In this document: positions 61,772 through 64,000 of the stretch, piece by piece
How the letters are laid out: every line of letters starts with the position of its first letter
Numbering within the stretch: the stretch's first letter is position 1
IMG/VR virus record: IMGVR_UViG_3300005253_000053
DNA from: a virus
Taxonomy: Duplodnaviria > Heunggongvirae > Uroviricota > Caudoviricetes
Direction: 5' to 3' (one strand)
DNA length: 64,000 nucleotides
Program-made: the position numbers and the translations under genes
The notes under the pieces: model-generated
Seen by the model: the letters and a program-made list of their open reading frames with translations, nothing else
What the model was told of the DNA's origin: nothing
Database searches by the model: none

Positions 61772-62014
61772 TCATGCCGTCACGCCCATCTCCTTCAGCT
61801 TTTCAAAGACATCCTCGGGGATCTTCTCCCAGAAGACGATGTGCCGGAGCTTGTAGCCGCCCTGCTGAGGTTTATGGAGCCAGAGCAGCGGGTGCTTGCT
61901 AGTGATGAGGCTGCGGAAGGCGGGGCCTTGGACATGCCCGCCGTGGTCAGGCGTGCTCAGGTAGTACTGCGTCTCTTCGGTGTAGCAGACGTAGTATCGG
62001 GTCCGGCTGGGCAT
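61772..62014 (-). CDS. hypothetical small protein
   Basis: 80 aa. Confidence 0.4.
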   Translation of the reverse strand: MPSRTRYYVCYTEETQYYLSTPDHGGHVQGPAFRSLITSKHPLLWLHKPQQGGYKLRHIVFWEKIPEDVFEKLKEMGVTA

Positions 62015-62487
62015 CAGTAAAATCCTCCGTCTGGACTGTCAGCGCCATCCTCGACCCTCAAATTGTTGGTCCTCGTTGAGGGTGTGAACGTCTGCCCGCA
62101 CCCGATACACTGAATCTCTCCTGACAATCCCGACATATCATCCTTCCACTTGTAGATCGGAGCGAATACGACCTCGGCGCTGTTGGCCCCACAGTGGGGA
62201 CATATTTCATCGGGATGCTTGGGGTCCTTCTCCTCCGGCCACGTCTCGCCCTTGGGGTCGGCTGGATACTTCAGGTCGCCCTGGGGGTAGGTGAAATGGT
62301 CCATGCGGTCGACGGCCTCCTTCAGTCTGGCCTCTGACCGCTTCAGCCGCTCGCCCTGCATCTTGGCGATCTCCGCGCGGGCTGCCTTCATCGCGTTGTC
62401 GACTCCCTCGGCGCGGCCGATGCGGTAGCCGACCGCTATGCCCACCACGTGGGCGATCAGTATGTAGACCAGAGTCTCGATCATCAT
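62014..62487 (-). CDS. membrane-anchored protein with C-terminal zinc ribbon
   Basis: N-terminal TM (IETLVYILIAHVVGIAVGY). CPHCG...CIGCG. Confidence 0.45.
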   Translation of the reverse strand: MMIETLVYILIAHVVGIAVGYRIGRAEGVDNAMKAARAEIAKMQGERLKRSEARLKEAVDRMDHFTYPQGDLKYPADPKGETWPEEKDPKHPDEICPHCGANSAEVVFAPIYKWKDDMSGLSGEIQCIGCGQTFTPSTRTNNLRVEDGADSPDGGFY

Positions 62488-62848
62488 GCTGCCCTCGCTC
62501 TCTCAATCTGTTCCCGCATGGCGTACATGGCCTCGCAGCGCTCGCGGGCGGTGGCTGTAACCATTGCGAGTTTGGCACGCACGGTCAACTCCTTCAGTCC
62601 CAGGGCACTGAGAATAACGTCGCGCAGCGAGAGCCAGTATCGAGCAGGAATCCCCATCCTTGCGATCTTCGCCTCGGCTCGCGCGGCGGCGTTGAGGTCG
62701 GTGGTGAACAAGGGACAAGTAGGCGCATTAACCCAGGCTCTGCCTTTGGGGTCGTTTTCATCCTTCTTCCAAGCGCGGTTGCCAATCATCACGGACTCGA
62801 CGCCAAAGACGGCGTTCCAGACCCACGCATCCAGTTCGGAGTCAGTCA
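62484..62848 (-). CDS. hypothetical protein, paralog of 61150..61731
   Basis: Start set at MTDSELDAWVWNAVFG (compare METWEYNQFVAEHV). Confidence 0.5.
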
Positions 62849-63121
62849 TTTCAAGGCCTCGTCGATCTGCTCCGGCGTGAAGCTCTCCGGTGCGCGGTCG
62901 GCCTGCTTCCAAAGGGCACGACCTACCTCCTTCAGCCGCTCGATCTCGTCCAGCAGGGTCGCGGTCCTGTAGGCCAGATCGTGCGCCCGTGTCACGCACA
63001 ACTCCCGGTTGCCTTGGCTCCGGTGACGTTGGTAGGATGCCAACAGTTCCCTCGTTCTCGCCAGATCGGTTTCGGTCAGGTGGTCAGTCCTCATAGTGCC
63101 GGTTCTCCTTGCTTCGGTCAC
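62846..63121 (-). CDS. hypothetical small protein
   Basis: 91 aa. Confidence 0.4.
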   Translation of the reverse strand: MTEARRTGTMRTDHLTETDLARTRELLASYQRHRSQGNRELCVTRAHDLAYRTATLLDEIERLKEVGRALWKQADRAPESFTPEQIDEALK

Positions 63122-63321
63122 GTCTTCTCCTCGACGACAGACAGTTCCAGAGAATCGCCCAGAAGCCTCGCTGTGACGGTATTGGACGTATGCGTCGTGT
63201 CCCAGTCTCTGCTGGCCAAATCCAACAACGCCTCCTCGGCGAGACGAACAGCTTCGTCTTTGGATTTGGCCATGACGTTTACATCGACAAGCACATTGAA
63301 TGTGACCCGGTATCTAGCCAT
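63118..63321 (-). CDS. hypothetical small protein
   Basis: 67 aa. Confidence 0.4.
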   Translation of the reverse strand: MARYRVTFNVLVDVNVMAKSKDEAVRLAEEALLDLASRDWDTTHTSNTVTARLLGDSLELSVVEEKT

Positions 63322-63763
63322 CGTGGGCTGCCATCTGGTCGGCCTCTTCCCGGCTGGTCACCGAGTCGCAGTTCTTGCCGTCGTATCGCTCGGCGTGCTC
63401 GCAGCAAACATCGTACTCGGCCACCACGCCCCAGCAGTTGACGTCGATCCGCTTCGTGGCTCGCTCGTGGCAGCAGTAGCACTGCTGGTCGAAGTCGAGA
63501 AGGCCGGTCTTCTTCGTGTAGCTCGTGTGCCACATGCGACCGTACCGTTCGTTGAGGTAGGCCTCGCGATTCTCCTGCTCGGCCCGGTGAATGTGGTTCT
63601 GCTCTACCTGACAGAAGCAGCGGGTGGCCTCCGGGTCGACGTGGTGCCAGCCGTCATCTTGCTTCTCGACGTCCCAGCCATCGCCGCACTGCTTGCAGCG
63701 GCTCCAGGTCAGCGACTTGATCCCGTCGGCCCGGCCACGGTAGTAGTCCTGAGACTCAGGCAT
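63314..63763 (-). CDS. Cys-rich protein
   Basis: Start set at MPESQDYYRG. CKQCG, CFC, CYCCH, CCEH clusters. Confidence 0.45.
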   Translation of the reverse strand: MPESQDYYRGRADGIKSLTWSRCKQCGDGWDVEKQDDGWHHVDPEATRCFCQVEQNHIHRAEQENREAYLNERYGRMWHTSYTKKTGLLDFDQQCYCCHERATKRIDVNCWGVVAEYDVCCEHAERYDGKNCDSVTSREEADQMAAHDG

Positions 63764-64000
63764 CGGTGGGCTCCGGCTCGAACAGAGCGTCGCTGGCTTG
63801 TCGACGAGGACACGTACTCCGATGCGTCGATAGAGGTTCACTGTGCAGCAGGACAGGACACTGGCATGTGCCGTTCCGGATCGTGGTCAGGATCTTGCGA
63901 AGGCGGTCGTTCTCAGCGTCCCGGGCCTTGATCTGTAGTACGTTCATGGCGTTGCCCGTCAGATCCAAGGCCGCCTTCAGCGATTGAACCTTGTCCTTCA
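63756..64000 (-). CDS. partial ORF running off the window end (C-terminal part)
   Basis: The reading frame is open to position 64000: ...KDKVQSLKAALDLTGNAMNVLQIKARDAENDRLRKIL... Confidence 0.3.
   Translation of the reverse strand, partial: KDKVQSLKAALDLTGNAMNVLQIKARDAENDRLRKILTTIRNGTCQCPVLLHSEPLSTHRSTCPRRQASDALFEPEPTDA

Noticed and set aside
1-64000. CRISPR arrays, rRNA, integrase/att sites, transposase
   Set aside because: No direct-repeat/spacer periodicity, no rRNA-like conserved stretches, no recombinase or transposase motifs seen in this window.

Overview
This 64 kb window looks like part of a GC-rich tailed-phage genome with a T4-type head module. Genes are packed tightly on the minus strand, with frequent ATGA/GTGA start-stop overlaps suggesting translational coupling. 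There are two short plus-strand islands at 19.2-19.8 kb and 55.5-59.3 kb.

Layout (coordinates are 1-based on the plus strand):
- 0-17 kb: virion module. It contains a T4 gp23-like major capsid protein (5128..6633) followed by a GC hairpin with a T-tract. Upstream lies an 868-aa protein with a prohead-protease-like N-terminus and a long acidic region, and further upstream an 853-aa low-complexity protein. A family-2 glycosyltransferase sits inside the module, a tail-fibre-repeat protein (2030..2644) lies downstream, and two tandem paralogs (46..825, 825..1493) end the module.
- 17-55 kb: accessory region of mostly small genes. These include WbqC-like, SAM decarboxylase, a GHKL-ATPase plus 684-aa partner operon, a TrpF-like TIM barrel, NUDIX, GDP-mannose 4,6-dehydratase, two GNATs, a P-loop kinase-like protein, a multi-HTH/zinc-finger protein, two HNH endonucleases and many zinc-ribbon minis. 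Two conserved promoter-like motif classes punctuate it: class A (15 copies) and class B (6 copies). Both carry sigma70-like -35/-10 elements with the ATG about 7 nt after the -10, implying leaderless or very short-leader mRNAs.

The most striking feature is a family of at least 10 minus-strand genes whose products all begin M-D-x-T-R-x-A-I-R-x-x-L-x-E-(A/S/G). The first roughly 45 nt are conserved at nucleotide level, and the tag is fused to unrelated downstream domains (two ParB-like nucleases, GNAT, others). The L-x-E ending matches T4 prohead-protease cleavage sites (T4 gp23 is cut at LTE|A). I propose this is a capsid-targeting sequence marking a set of packaged internal or ejected proteins.

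No rRNA, tRNA or CRISPR array was found. All functional calls are from motif reading by eye; coordinates of adjusted starts may be off by 1-3 nt.
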